From assembly GCA_964236955.1 (NCBI GenBank), contig CAXSGP010000004.1, positions 13,942-77,941 of the forward strand: a DNA stretch of 64,000 bases. The letters run 5' to 3'. This document shows, one piece after another, positions 9,781-19,752 of the stretch (position 1 is its first letter; each line of letters begins with the position of its first letter). The notes under the pieces were generated by a model. The model did not search any database, had not been told where the DNA came from, and saw nothing but the letters and a program-made list of their open reading frames with translations. Source of the stretch: an uncultured Oligoflexus sp. GTDB taxonomy: Bacteria; Bdellovibrionota_B; Oligoflexia; Oligoflexales; Oligoflexaceae. Made by a program: the position numbers and the translations under genes.

Positions 9781-11451
9781 TTGAAATTCATCATGCTGTG
9801 GTTGAGTTTATGGTCTTGTATTGGGTTCGGTGCCACCAGGGCTCCTATCACTGGAACCAAAGGTCTGGTCGCTACGGTAAGCCCCATCGCTTCAGAAATC
9901 GGCGCTCAAATTCTTCGGCAGGGCGGAACAGCAGCGGATGCAGCGGTTGCTGTGGGCTTCGCATTAGCTGTTACCTGGCCCTCGGCGGGCAATCTCGGGG
10001 GCGGAGGCTTTGCCCTCGTGCATGCGTCAGGAATAGCGGATACCTTTATTGATTATCGGGAAACAGCACCCGCGGCGACGGGTCCGAATTTTTACCTGAA
10101 CGAAAAAGGTGAACTCAATGAAAAGCAGCCGCGGGTCGGCTACCGTGCCGCGGGTGTTCCCGGGACAGTCGCAGGTCTGGCGCTGGTGCATAAAAAATGG
10201 GGAAAACTTCCCTGGAAAGCGCTGATAGAACCGGCCCGTAAGCTTGCCGACCAAGGGTTTATCATTGATGCGGCTCTCGAAGAGAGTCTGCATTCCAACG
10301 GGGATCTACTTGAAATTTTTCCCGCTACTAAAAAAATATTTTTTAACAAAGGTAAACCATGGCAACGCGGCCAACGGTTGGTGCAAAAAGATTTGGCCGC
10401 GTCTTTAGCTCTTATTCAGAAAAAAGGGGCTGAGGAATTTTATCAAGGTAAGGTCGCCGAACTCATAAGCCAGGATATGAAGACTAACAATGGCGTGCTG
10501 AACCAAGCGGACCTTCGTCACTATAAGCCAGTGGAAAGGGAACCGCTCCTAAGAACATGGCGTGAGTATGAGATAGTGACTGCGCCTCCGCCGTCGTCAG
10601 GCGGAATCGTACTGCTCTCTATCCTCGGAATGCTGGAGCAGGACAAGCTTGAGGTCATGGGTCACGGGTCAGCCGATTATATCCATCTGCTGGTCGAAAG
10701 CATGAAAAAGGCCTTTGCGGACCGTTCGGTCTGGGTAGGGGATCCGGACTTTGTTCAAACTCCCATTGCTAAGCTTTTGGCTCCTGAGTACCTCGCCCAA
10801 CGCCGGGCCGAAATTGGCGAAAAAGCTGCCCATGATATCAAGCCTGGTGAACTTCCTGGCGAAAGGCCTGACACGACTCATTTCACCATCCGCGACAGCC
10901 GTGGCATGACGATCAGCAACACCTACACCCTGAATGGCTCCTACGGCTCGGGAGTCGTTGCGGCAGGCACGGGCATCCTTATGAATAACGAAATGGACGA
11001 CTTTACAAGCAAGCTAGGAGAAAATAATATGTTCGGGCTGCGGCAGGGAACCCGTAACCTCATCGCAGCGGGCAAAAGACCCCTCTCATCGATGAGTCCC
11101 ACCTTCGTTTACAAGGATCGTCAAATGGTAATGGCCCTCGGGGCTCCAGGTGGGCCCACTATCATCAATTCCGTAGCCCAGACCATCCTGAATCGATTGG
11201 TATTTCATATGAATATACAGGAAGCCGCCGATGCTCCTCGCTTTCATCATCAATGGATGCCTGATAAGATCACTTGGGAACCCTTCGGGCTCAATGCCGA
11301 CACTAAAAAACTCCTCGACGCGCGTGGGCATATCTTCAGTGAAAAACCGCGGAATTTTGGTGACATTCAGGCCCTCGCCTGGGATGAGGCCAGCGGGCGA
11401 TGGACAGGGGCATCTGATTCGCGGAACGGAGGGGCAGTTGTCGCTGAGTAG
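9781..11451 (+). CDS. ggt: Gamma-glutamyltransferase
   Basis: GNLGGGGF, IDYRETAP, GVPGTVAG, autoproteolytic DTTHF, NNEMDDF, RPLSSMSP. Confidence 0.95.
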   Translation: MKFIMLWLSLWSCIGFGATRAPITGTKGLVATVSPIASEIGAQILRQGGTAADAAVAVGFALAVTWPSAGNLGGGGFALVHASGIADTFIDYRETAPAATGPNFYLNEKGELNEKQPRVGYRAAGVPGTVAGLALVHKKWGKLPWKALIEPARKLADQGFIIDAALEESLHSNGDLLEIFPATKKIFFNKGKPWQRGQRLVQKDLAASLALIQKKGAEEFYQGKVAELISQDMKTNNGVLNQADLRHYKPVEREPLLRTWREYEIVTAPPPSSGGIVLLSILGMLEQDKLEVMGHGSADYIHLLVESMKKAFADRSVWVGDPDFVQTPIAKLLAPEYLAQRRAEIGEKAAHDIKPGELPGERPDTTHFTIRDSRGMTISNTYTLNGSYGSGVVAAGTGILMNNEMDDFTSKLGENNMFGLRQGTRNLIAAGKRPLSSMSPTFVYKDRQMVMALGAPGGPTIINSVAQTILNRLVFHMNIQEAADAPRFHHQWMPDKITWEPFGLNADTKKLLDARGHIFSEKPRNFGDIQALAWDEASGRWTGASDSRNGGAVVAE

Positions 11452-11499
11452 TTTTTTGCGATATATTGCCAAGGCAATTAAGTTCTTGGGAGGTGGATT

Positions 11500-11913
11500 T
11501 TGAAACGCATGACGCCCGACCAGGCTATAACCTATCTCGGCATTCAACATGATGGATGTCTTTCCCCTTGCCCTGCCATGCCGAATGCGGTTTGTAGCTA
11601 TTTTCCAAAGGACAAGAAGCATTACCTTCCGCCACTTGTCTATGAAGGCACTGAAGATTCGGCCCGGGAGAGAATCAAGGCTATCCATGAGACTTTGACC
11701 GGCGTTAGGCTGATCAAGGAGGCGGGCCCCTATCTTCATTTCATCTACACTTCCTTGGTGATGCGCTTTGTCGATGACGTTGAATTTTTAATTGATGCGG
11801 AGAGACAGACTGTTCACTTTCGTTCGGCCTCTCGCCTGGGCTACTGGGACCTTGGAGCAAACGCCAGACGCATGAAACGATTTAAACAGCTGTTTCATAG
11901 CATACGGGTTTAG
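11500..11913 (+). CDS. DUF1499 family protein
   Basis: LSPCP..PNAV.S, FVDDVEF, RSASRLGYWDLGANARR. Confidence 0.85.
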   Translation: MKRMTPDQAITYLGIQHDGCLSPCPAMPNAVCSYFPKDKKHYLPPLVYEGTEDSARERIKAIHETLTGVRLIKEAGPYLHFIYTSLVMRFVDDVEFLIDAERQTVHFRSASRLGYWDLGANARRMKRFKQLFHSIRV

Positions 11914-12152
11914 GTCGCGGCTTGTTGGGTTCTGTGAGCCATAAGCAGTATCCCCCTGGCCCTTAGACCCACTTCACGGCTCCAAGGGGCGGCTCCTTCG
12001 CGCTTCACGATCTGTTCAGGCCAGCCAATGAAATCTCAAATCCAACCCTAGCAACCGTTTGAGAAATCTCTGAAAATTGAAGATTGACGGTCTTCTCAAC
12101 TGTCTGTTACCTGGAGTGAAACGAGTTTTCCTTCCCATGATGGAGACAATCT

Positions 12153-12632
12153 ATGAAGCTATGGCATCTTGCGCCGCTGGTACTGCTATTAAGTCAGGGT
12201 AGTGCCTTTGGCAAGAACTATGGAATGGCTGGATGCGGCCTTGGATCGATGGTTCTCAAGACTGACGATTTTACGCAAATTTTAGCTGCGACCTTAAATG
12301 CCACTGGGGTACAGACTGTGGGAATCTCACTGGGGACATCGAACTGTACACATGCAAACAGTGCGGCGGCTCTTGAAAAGCAGGAGCATTTCGTGCTGGA
12401 AAACCTGGAGAATCTTCGTCGTGACATGGTGAAGGGAGATGGTGAATATTTGAAGGGTTATGCCGAAGTCCTTGGCTGTGATGGACAATCCTACACCCTT
12501 TTTAAAAGCCTCGCGAAAGCGGAGGAAGCGAGTATCTTCCGTGCGCCCGGTGCGATCGCGGTACTGGAAGCGACGAAAGATAAGATCCGACAGCATGCAG
12601 ATCTACAGAACGCTTGTACCAACCTGATCTAA
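12153..12632 (+). CDS. DUF3015 family exported protein (copy 1)
   Basis: Signal peptide; YGMAGCGLGS, QT.GIS.GTSNC, DM.KG.GEYL...A.VLGC. Confidence 0.85.
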   Translation: MKLWHLAPLVLLLSQGSAFGKNYGMAGCGLGSMVLKTDDFTQILAATLNATGVQTVGISLGTSNCTHANSAAALEKQEHFVLENLENLRRDMVKGDGEYLKGYAEVLGCDGQSYTLFKSLAKAEEASIFRAPGAIAVLEATKDKIRQHADLQNACTNLI

Positions 12633-12648
12633 AATCTAGGGGCGCCCC

Positions 12649-13242
12649 ATGAAACTCAAGACATCTCGCCTTCTCGCTCTTTCGCTTTTGCTTATGCCTT
12701 CGATGTTACTTGCCAAGCCGGCGCCTAAAAAGAAGAAGGCGGCACCAGGCAAGGGTAAGCCTGCGGCCGCGGAGCCGGCCAACACGGAAGCCGCTCCAGC
12801 CGCGGCTGCACCCCCGCAAGCATCCTCTGAACCAGCTGCTGGGTACCAAAAATCATACGGCATGGCCGGTTGTGGACTGGGCTCGGAGCTCATCAAAGAC
12901 CAGGGCTACATCCAAATCCTGGCGGCGACTGTCAACAGCACCGTCGGCTCACAAACCTTTGGCATCTCGTTTGGCACATTGAATTGTAAGCCCAGCGGCA
13001 AAGCCATGGCCCAAGAACAAAAGGTCTTTATCGAAGCCAATCTCGTTTCTTTGAAACGTGAAGCGGTGAGCGGCCAAGGCGAAACACTCACGGCATTTGC
13101 CGATTTACTGGGTTGCCAGACAGAGGAATTCAGTCACGTTTCCAAAGCCAACTTCCAGAAAATTTATCAGGCCTCAGAAGCTGATGGCATCTTGCGCGCT
13201 TACAAGGCGGTATTAACCACGCAATGCACAAGACTTATCTAG
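12649..13242 (+). CDS. DUF3015 family exported protein (copy 2, Ala/Pro/Lys-rich N-terminal extension)
   Basis: Signal peptide; YGMAGCGLGS, QTFGISFGTLNC, GQGETL...ADLLGC. Confidence 0.85.
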   Translation: MKLKTSRLLALSLLLMPSMLLAKPAPKKKKAAPGKGKPAAAEPANTEAAPAAAAPPQASSEPAAGYQKSYGMAGCGLGSELIKDQGYIQILAATVNSTVGSQTFGISFGTLNCKPSGKAMAQEQKVFIEANLVSLKREAVSGQGETLTAFADLLGCQTEEFSHVSKANFQKIYQASEADGILRAYKAVLTTQCTRLI

Positions 13243-15215
13243 TGTCAGTCCGGAACAGGCGATGGCTGCGTTTCATCGGCAGAAAAAAATGCTCATTTAT
13301 GGGAATAAACTTCGCTTTTTTTCTGCCTCGCGCCTTGCCATCCCCATTTCCGGACAGACTCTATCTAGAGTCAGGTAAGGCCAGGATTCTTCGCGGGGTC
13401 TTCGGTCTTGTCCTTCTTTCCCACTCACTAGCCGCAGTTCCAGCTTCGCTTTATGCAGCGTCTGGTACGACGGCCCGTATCAGCTGGCGACATCTTCTCT
13501 ATTACTCCCCCCGTTGGCTTCGACATGACAGCAGTCTCATCGATAGTCCAGAGTTTTTTCTTGCTCCGGACGGGGCTAGCAATTCCGATCATGAACTTGA
13601 TGCCTTCCTCGAAGCCTTAAAGAATGACGATCCCAATAAGCCTGAAAATGAAAGACTGGCCTGCCGGTTCCCAGCGCGTACCCTATGGGTCCAGCGATTT
13701 CGGCCCGAGGTCAAATTTTTAATTGCACCCTGTGCCCAATATGATGCCTGGCGTGCTATCAGCAATGCCAAGGCGGTTTCCCTCGTTTTTTCATCTTACT
13801 ACATCAACAATCCCTCCTCGATGATGGGACATAGCTTTCTCAGGCTCAGGCGGGGTGCGGCGAAGTCCGCGCCGTTGCTCGACAAAGCCGTGAATTTTGC
13901 AGCGGAACCAACCACTGATATCGCCATGCTCTATTCCATTATGGGATTGACGGGAAGCTTTCCTGGAAAATTCACGCTTATGCCCTACTATTCCAAGGTG
14001 CAGGAGTATGCAAACGCGGAAAGCCGCGACCTTTGGGAATACGATTTAAATTTTGATGAAGCGGAAACTACAGCGATGATGGCCAGTCTTTGGGAGCTGG
14101 CCCCGCTTCATATCGATTATTTCTATTTTGATGAAAATTGCAGTGCCGTGCTTATGTACCTGCTTCAAACGGCAAGGCCAGAGCTTCGCCTCAGTGAAAG
14201 TCTGGGCAGTTTCGTCCATCCCAGTGACACCTTGCGCATTCTCATGGCTGAGCCGGGATTGGTGAGTGACATCGTTTATCGACCCTCCAGCCGAAGCCGT
14301 TATCTTGCCCAGTTTAAGATTCTTAGCGAAGAGGAAAAGGCAATCGTGAGTGAGTATAGCCTTAAGGATAGGGTTAGGGGTGAGGCCTATTCAAAGCTTC
14401 CGCTCGATCGAAAGGCGGCAGTCCTTGATGCCCTTCTTTCCTTTATTGAGTTTGATGAGGGGCTTTACGGCTCTAAAAAGCCGCTCAGGTATGCCGACCT
14501 CTATGAAGATGTGCTCCAGTCGCGGTCTGTCATAAAGTCGGAACCCCTTATCCAGTACCCAAGTCCAGAGGATGAGGCGCCCCACCTTGGCCACAAGGGG
14601 CAACGATGGGGCTTGGCCGCCGGCCGCTATCAGGACCAGGCGGAAGTTTTGCTTGAGTATCGCCCGGGCCAACATGATCTCCTCTCCCCTTCGTTAGGCT
14701 ACCCACCTGAACTCAGCATCGAATTGGGCAAGACCCGAATGGCTTTGCAAGCGGGCGGTACCGCGAGGCTCCGCAGTGCCGAGCTCTTTCATATACTTTC
14801 ATTTAATCCCATGCGGTCAGGACGCTTGCCCTGGTCATGGCAGCTGCAACTTGATTATGAAAACACCGAAGCGAAACGAGTCAACTTTTTGGCTTCGTTA
14901 GGTCAGGCCCTAGCGGGAGGGCTGAGGGATCACTACGCCTTTGCTTTTTTCAATACGCATTTCAAGGTGGAGAAGGGGAGTCTCTGGGCCTGTCCCGGTG
15001 CCACCATAGGGGGACGATGGACTTACGGCAAGTATTGGGTGCAATATACCCAAGTGAGTTTAGAACGCTGCTACAGCGAGATTGTTAGGCCTTGGTTAGG
15101 TTTTTGGAGCCATAGCTACAGGTGGTCACTTAGTCCCAGCTGGGAGTTGTCCATAGAAGCTAAAAAATCAACGGATAGCCGTGAGTTAGCCCTTGGATTC
15201 TACCGATATTTCTGA
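13224..15215 (+). CDS. DUF4105 (Lnb-N-like) domain protein with C-terminal beta-barrel; true start probably downstream of 13224
   Basis: W..LLYY, FFLA..G, CRFPAR, NPSSMMGHSFLR, ESRDLWEY.L, YFYFDENCS; ends YRYF. Confidence 0.8.
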   Translation: MHKTYLVSVRNRRWLRFIGRKKCSFMGINFAFFLPRALPSPFPDRLYLESGKARILRGVFGLVLLSHSLAAVPASLYAASGTTARISWRHLLYYSPRWLRHDSSLIDSPEFFLAPDGASNSDHELDAFLEALKNDDPNKPENERLACRFPARTLWVQRFRPEVKFLIAPCAQYDAWRAISNAKAVSLVFSSYYINNPSSMMGHSFLRLRRGAAKSAPLLDKAVNFAAEPTTDIAMLYSIMGLTGSFPGKFTLMPYYSKVQEYANAESRDLWEYDLNFDEAETTAMMASLWELAPLHIDYFYFDENCSAVLMYLLQTARPELRLSESLGSFVHPSDTLRILMAEPGLVSDIVYRPSSRSRYLAQFKILSEEEKAIVSEYSLKDRVRGEAYSKLPLDRKAAVLDALLSFIEFDEGLYGSKKPLRYADLYEDVLQSRSVIKSEPLIQYPSPEDEAPHLGHKGQRWGLAAGRYQDQAEVLLEYRPGQHDLLSPSLGYPPELSIELGKTRMALQAGGTARLRSAELFHILSFNPMRSGRLPWSWQLQLDYENTEAKRVNFLASLGQALAGGLRDHYAFAFFNTHFKVEKGSLWACPGATIGGRWTYGKYWVQYTQVSLERCYSEIVRPWLGFWSHSYRWSLSPSWELSIEAKKSTDSRELALGFYRYF

Positions 15216-15221
15216 GCGCGT

Positions 15222-15914
15222 TTATTGATCGGCAAATTGATGCGCAAAATTCATAAAGCACTCACGGATCAGGGACTGCGTGCTAGGCGGCTCTATGGGT
15301 TGGTCATCGTCGCTAAGAGTTAGGGTATTTTGATTTGATTCCTGCGTCGCATAGATAAGGCCATTCCAAATGAATTCATTGTTCACAATATTCAGAATGC
15401 GAAAGCGCATTTTCATAACCCTTTGGCAGTAGGCCTTGGGACCGCGAGGTTCAGACGCCAGATAGGTCGGCAGGGCTTCCTTGTGGCTGCAGATGACAGA
15501 GTTCTGCAGGAGATTCGCAAACACTACCTGCTTGGGATATGATTTTCCAAGGGCCGTGAGTTTTTTAAGGATCTGCAGGGTGGCTGCCGATGGTTCGAGC
15601 TGATCTTCGCTTTTTAGCGCGACACGCCATTCCTCTAAAACTTCATCATCGAGAGTTGCGATAATTGCCGCTGTGGATAGGAGGGGGGCCTCTTTCCATT
15701 GGGCGGCCAAGATATTGACAAATATGGAATCAAAAGCGTTTAAGTCATCGATCTTATTAAATTTTTCAGGAGTGCTATCGATCAGGGGGGCGACCACGAA
15801 ACCGCGTTTGGTGAGGTCCTGCTTGGTGAACATGATCTCGCTGTCGGGAGTTGTTCGATAGGCATTGCAGCCTGAGAGTAAAATGCCGGAAAGGATCAGG
15901 AATAGGAAATTCAT
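15222..15914 (-). CDS. Hypothetical lipoprotein, translationally coupled to upstream kinase
   Basis: Lipobox LSGC; 4-nt ATGA overlap with 15911..17938. Confidence 0.7.
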   Translation of the reverse strand: MNFLFLILSGILLSGCNAYRTTPDSEIMFTKQDLTKRGFVVAPLIDSTPEKFNKIDDLNAFDSIFVNILAAQWKEAPLLSTAAIIATLDDEVLEEWRVALKSEDQLEPSAATLQILKKLTALGKSYPKQVVFANLLQNSVICSHKEALPTYLASEPRGPKAYCQRVMKMRFRILNIVNNEFIWNGLIYATQESNQNTLTLSDDDQPIEPPSTQSLIRECFMNFAHQFADQ

Positions 15915-17938
15915 GATGTTTTCTCACGCGTGTTAAGTTCCCGGCGAACATAGTTCATCAATTGATTATAGGTTCGCCGGGAATCCGCTCCAAATTGATC
16001 GAGAACCTGGCCAACGAGTGCATGATCCGCGCTTATAGCGAGTTCTTCAATTTCATGGCAAAGTCGGGCCAAATGCATCAAACCTAGAGTCGCCAAAGTC
16101 GATTTCATCGAATGAGCTGCAAGTTCCAGCTTGTCGAGCTGCCCCCCTTCAAGGAAGTGATGCAACCGGTAAATCTCAGCCGGATGCCGGAGGACAAAGT
16201 TAGCAACAGTATTTTGGACGAATTCGATTCCGCACTGCTCTTCTAGCTGGGTGAGGCTATCGGTCCATTCCCTTACCCTATGGTGTTGATCCTTGGGAAC
16301 AAGCAACCAATACTGGAGCTTACGAAGCAAAGCCTCTTTAGTATAAGGCTTTTGCAGAGTATCATCAATATCAAGCTCTCGAGCCGCGCGGCTATCGATT
16401 TCGGTCCCACTGATGGCGATAATAGGAGCGCAGGATTTCTGCCGGACATCATGCAAAAGTGTACTGGGAAGCACAGCTCCGAGATGAAGGTCCATGAGAA
16501 TCAAATCGAAATTATGGGTGTCGAGTAGGTAAATACTTTCATCAAGGGTTCTTGCCGATAGGACTTCAAGTCCGGATTTCTCAAGAAAACTAAGTGTGAC
16601 CTGGGAACTTATGCTGTTATCTTCAAGCAATAGAATGAGGCCCGAAAGATGGGGGTGCGCTTGATTCAAAGGAATAACGCTGGCATTGCTTGCTGCCGGA
16701 GATGTCTTGAAGGCAACCATAAACCAAAAGTTTGAACCTGCACCCAGTTCACTTTCAACCCCAATTTGGCCACCCATGCTTTCGACGATTTTGCGGCAGA
16801 TGCTGAGGCCAAGGCCGGTACCGCCTTTGCTGGAATCTCCCGACACCTGAAGATAGGGTTCAAAAAGCTGCTGGAAATGATTTTTGTGAACGCCTATTCC
16901 CGTGTCGATCACCCGAAAGGCAAAGAGGCTTTCCTCCTCTCTTGAGTCGGTGCACTCAACTTCAACCCGAATAGAACCAGAGTCCGTGTATTTGAGGGCG
17001 TTGCTTACGAGGTTATTAAGGACCTGACGGATACGGACCCTGTCGGCCTGACAATGACAAGGGTCGGGAAGTTTTAGGACATGGCTAAACTTGAGGCCTT
17101 TATTTTGAGCCAGGACCTCGTAGGGAGAAAGGGTTTCCTCGATAAAAGTTTTAAGGCTGAAAAAGCTGAGGTTTAGCTTGAAGTGACCGGCTTCAATTTT
17201 AGAATGTTCCAGAAAAGCGTTGAGTGTCTCGATCAGACCCTGACCGCTTCTCGATAAATCATTGAGCAAGCGGGACTGATAGGGCGGGAGTTCCTCAGCT
17301 AAAAGAATCTCTGACAATCCCAGAATAGCGTTGAGTGGCCCGCGTACCTCATGGCTAAGGCTGGACAGGAACTCACGTTGGTGGCGTTTGGCATCAAAGA
17401 GGATTTGATGCTGTTTGCTTAGTTCTTTTTGCGTCGCGTTGAGTGCGGATTGAGTCTTACGTAAGTCCATGAGAGTCATGATCTGACGCGAAAAGTATTC
17501 GAGTTGGGCGATATTTTTCGCGGTGAATTTTCGCGGCTTGGTATCAATCACACAAAGTGATCCCAGTACCACCCCGTCGCTGTTCTGCAAGGGAACGCCA
17601 AGATAGGCCCTAACAAATGGGAACTGATGCACGTAGGGTTCGGCTGCAAATTCAGGGTCATTTCTGGCATCAGCAATGACCAGGCATCGCTTGCTCTCGA
17701 TAACTTTTCGACAGAAACTTTGATCTTGATTGACCTCGATGATGCCGGTGCCGACGCGGGCTTTGGACCAGTTTTTTTCGCCTGTGCAAAAGTTGATCAA
17801 AGCCACCTGAGTGCCACAGCTTTCCGCCGCCAGACGTACGATTTCATCAAAGGGAGCCTCTTCGCTCTTATGAAGAATCTGATACTCATGAAGAGCAGCA
17901 ACTCGTGCAGGTTCGATGGGGTTGGGCCGGACTTTCAC
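15911..17938 (-). CDS. Cytoplasmic hybrid sensor kinase GAF-HisKA-HATPase-REC-Hpt
   Basis: EPARVAALHEYQIL GAF start; SHEVRGPL; NLVSNALKYT, DTGIG, GTGLGL; EDN..DLILMD..KP; AHSMKS. Confidence 0.92.
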   Translation of the reverse strand: MKVRPNPIEPARVAALHEYQILHKSEEAPFDEIVRLAAESCGTQVALINFCTGEKNWSKARVGTGIIEVNQDQSFCRKVIESKRCLVIADARNDPEFAAEPYVHQFPFVRAYLGVPLQNSDGVVLGSLCVIDTKPRKFTAKNIAQLEYFSRQIMTLMDLRKTQSALNATQKELSKQHQILFDAKRHQREFLSSLSHEVRGPLNAILGLSEILLAEELPPYQSRLLNDLSRSGQGLIETLNAFLEHSKIEAGHFKLNLSFFSLKTFIEETLSPYEVLAQNKGLKFSHVLKLPDPCHCQADRVRIRQVLNNLVSNALKYTDSGSIRVEVECTDSREEESLFAFRVIDTGIGVHKNHFQQLFEPYLQVSGDSSKGGTGLGLSICRKIVESMGGQIGVESELGAGSNFWFMVAFKTSPAASNASVIPLNQAHPHLSGLILLLEDNSISSQVTLSFLEKSGLEVLSARTLDESIYLLDTHNFDLILMDLHLGAVLPSTLLHDVRQKSCAPIIAISGTEIDSRAARELDIDDTLQKPYTKEALLRKLQYWLLVPKDQHHRVREWTDSLTQLEEQCGIEFVQNTVANFVLRHPAEIYRLHHFLEGGQLDKLELAAHSMKSTLATLGLMHLARLCHEIEELAISADHALVGQVLDQFGADSRRTYNQLMNYVRRELNTREKTS

Positions 17939-18315
17939 ATAGTCTCCTATAATTGTAAAGCTTTACGGACGATTGCCTCAAGGATATTAATGAAGGGTGG
18001 AAACTTTCATAAAAGTCCTTAAGAATCGGCGGTATAGACATTATATCAGGTCGGCGTGAAGGTGGATTTATTTACAGAGGGGATAGGCTTACTGGCGATT
18101 TTACGTTTGTGCCGGCTTGCCCTTGATAAGGTAAAGTGTTTATAAGCCGGTTGGTTTCGCCAGCCACTCAAAGCTGCTTGGCAGGAATGGGGCAAGCGTC
18201 CGGCTGGCAGATCAAAGCTATCCTAAACTAAAGGCTGCGGTCATTCGCCGCGAATCGCTCCAGCAGTTTCCAAGGCCTCAGCCCCATTGTCAAAAAATAG
18301 CTGGCGATCCGCACT

Positions 18316-19377
18316 TCAGCTGATCGCCAAGCCTCTCGTTTCACCTTTAAACTCGATGTGCCCATCCTGGGATTTATAGAGGCAACCCGAAAGACTTAAG
18401 GGCACTATATTTTGCATATGCTCGTAAGCCCGGCGTCGGGCGCCGCCAATGATTGCATCCTGAGGCCGCAAGGCGGAAGTTTTAATAAAGCAGTTGTAGG
18501 CGAGGATCCCACCTTGGTTATCGAGCAGAGTAATGCCGTCCATCCATGTCAGCTTTCTGAGGAGTTGACTATAGGAAAAGAGCCTTAGATAGGCGTCTCT
18601 TTCCCCATTTGTCCCATCAACTATCGTTTGAATCGCTGCGGTCACGTCAATGCTTGGCGACAGATGAATGCCATCCTCAAGAATTTCGGGAATTTTAACG
18701 CCTTTTTTGAGAATACCTATAAGGCTGCCATGAGATCCATGCATCACATCCATGCCAACCCTGTAGTAAAAGGACTGCAGCATGGGTTTGATTTCTATCG
18801 GAGCGCCGCGGACCACACACTCCACAAAATCACGTATCACCCGACCGGGATGGTAGTCATCCTCGTCCGAACCCGAAACGTTGATGTACTGACGTAAACC
18901 AGTGCTGGTTCGAATCTCAACAAAGTTTCCACCCAGACGGGTGAGCCCAACGATACCGCTGCCAGCTTCCCTCATATTCCTCAGGCGCTCAAACACGGTT
19001 GGAGCAAGGGGCGACGAATCGGACCTAAAGATTCCGTAGCGAATCAATGGGCCCTCAACAATAATATACACAGCCCAGAGCCTGTCTTCGGCCAAGGGCG
19101 CACAGTGCTTAAAAGCCCGGGTGAAGGTGTCGCGATGAATCGGCCCGCTGCCAATTGAAATCATTTCCTTGGCGGTAAGGTGCGTTTCCAGCTGTTGCTT
19201 TTTGTCAGTTAAGAACACGACAGGAAAAAGATTGGTGCCCTCCTCCTGATAATTGGCAAGAAGCAACACCACCTCGGAAAGAAAATCGACATTGTGCATA
19301 GTCTGATTCAGGTTCTCGGTGAGAGGGCGCAGGCGCTGTTGAATAAATTCTCGGAAAGAAACCATTTTTTCTAACAT
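18316..19377 (-). CDS. Hypothetical protein with divergent C-terminal diadenylate cyclase (DisA_N)-like domain
   Basis: HGSLI, MDGITLLD..G.I, GGARRRA and SQDG in the order and spacing of the DAC motifs G.LI/DGA/GTRHRA/SE.G. Confidence 0.55.
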   Translation of the reverse strand: MLEKMVSFREFIQQRLRPLTENLNQTMHNVDFLSEVVLLLANYQEEGTNLFPVVFLTDKKQQLETHLTAKEMISIGSGPIHRDTFTRAFKHCAPLAEDRLWAVYIIVEGPLIRYGIFRSDSSPLAPTVFERLRNMREAGSGIVGLTRLGGNFVEIRTSTGLRQYINVSGSDEDDYHPGRVIRDFVECVVRGAPIEIKPMLQSFYYRVGMDVMHGSHGSLIGILKKGVKIPEILEDGIHLSPSIDVTAAIQTIVDGTNGERDAYLRLFSYSQLLRKLTWMDGITLLDNQGGILAYNCFIKTSALRPQDAIIGGARRRAYEHMQNIVPLSLSGCLYKSQDGHIEFKGETRGLAIS

Positions 19378-19752
19378 TTCAATCCCGGAAAAGTGGAAGT
19401 TGAGCCCATGGTGTTAAAGGAAAAGAAAGGACTTATATCTATCACGTTTTGAGAAAGGAGATCGCTTTTACTGTTGCTTCGCCATCATCGCCATGCGCTG
19501 GCAGGATAGTTCAAGACTTCTTATCTTAAGTTTATCGTCTGCTTGGATCGGGTGGAAGCCAAGGCCCATAAAAGCTCTAACATGAGAGAAATCAGGTTAT
19601 AATTTTGCCTGCAATGATCGCCATGAATTGACGTGCTTATAGATAGGAGAGACTGCTAAGACCCTATTCTTATATAGGAAATGGCTAGCGTCTGGCATTT
19701 TGCCTAAGCTTCCCGTACAAATGATCAGGTGCCAGCACTATGGAGGTCTCCC

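Noticed and set aside
19468..19569. 33-codon minus-strand ORF (MGLGFHP...) upstream of the DAC-like gene
   Set aside because: No clear SD or recognisable motif; likely chance
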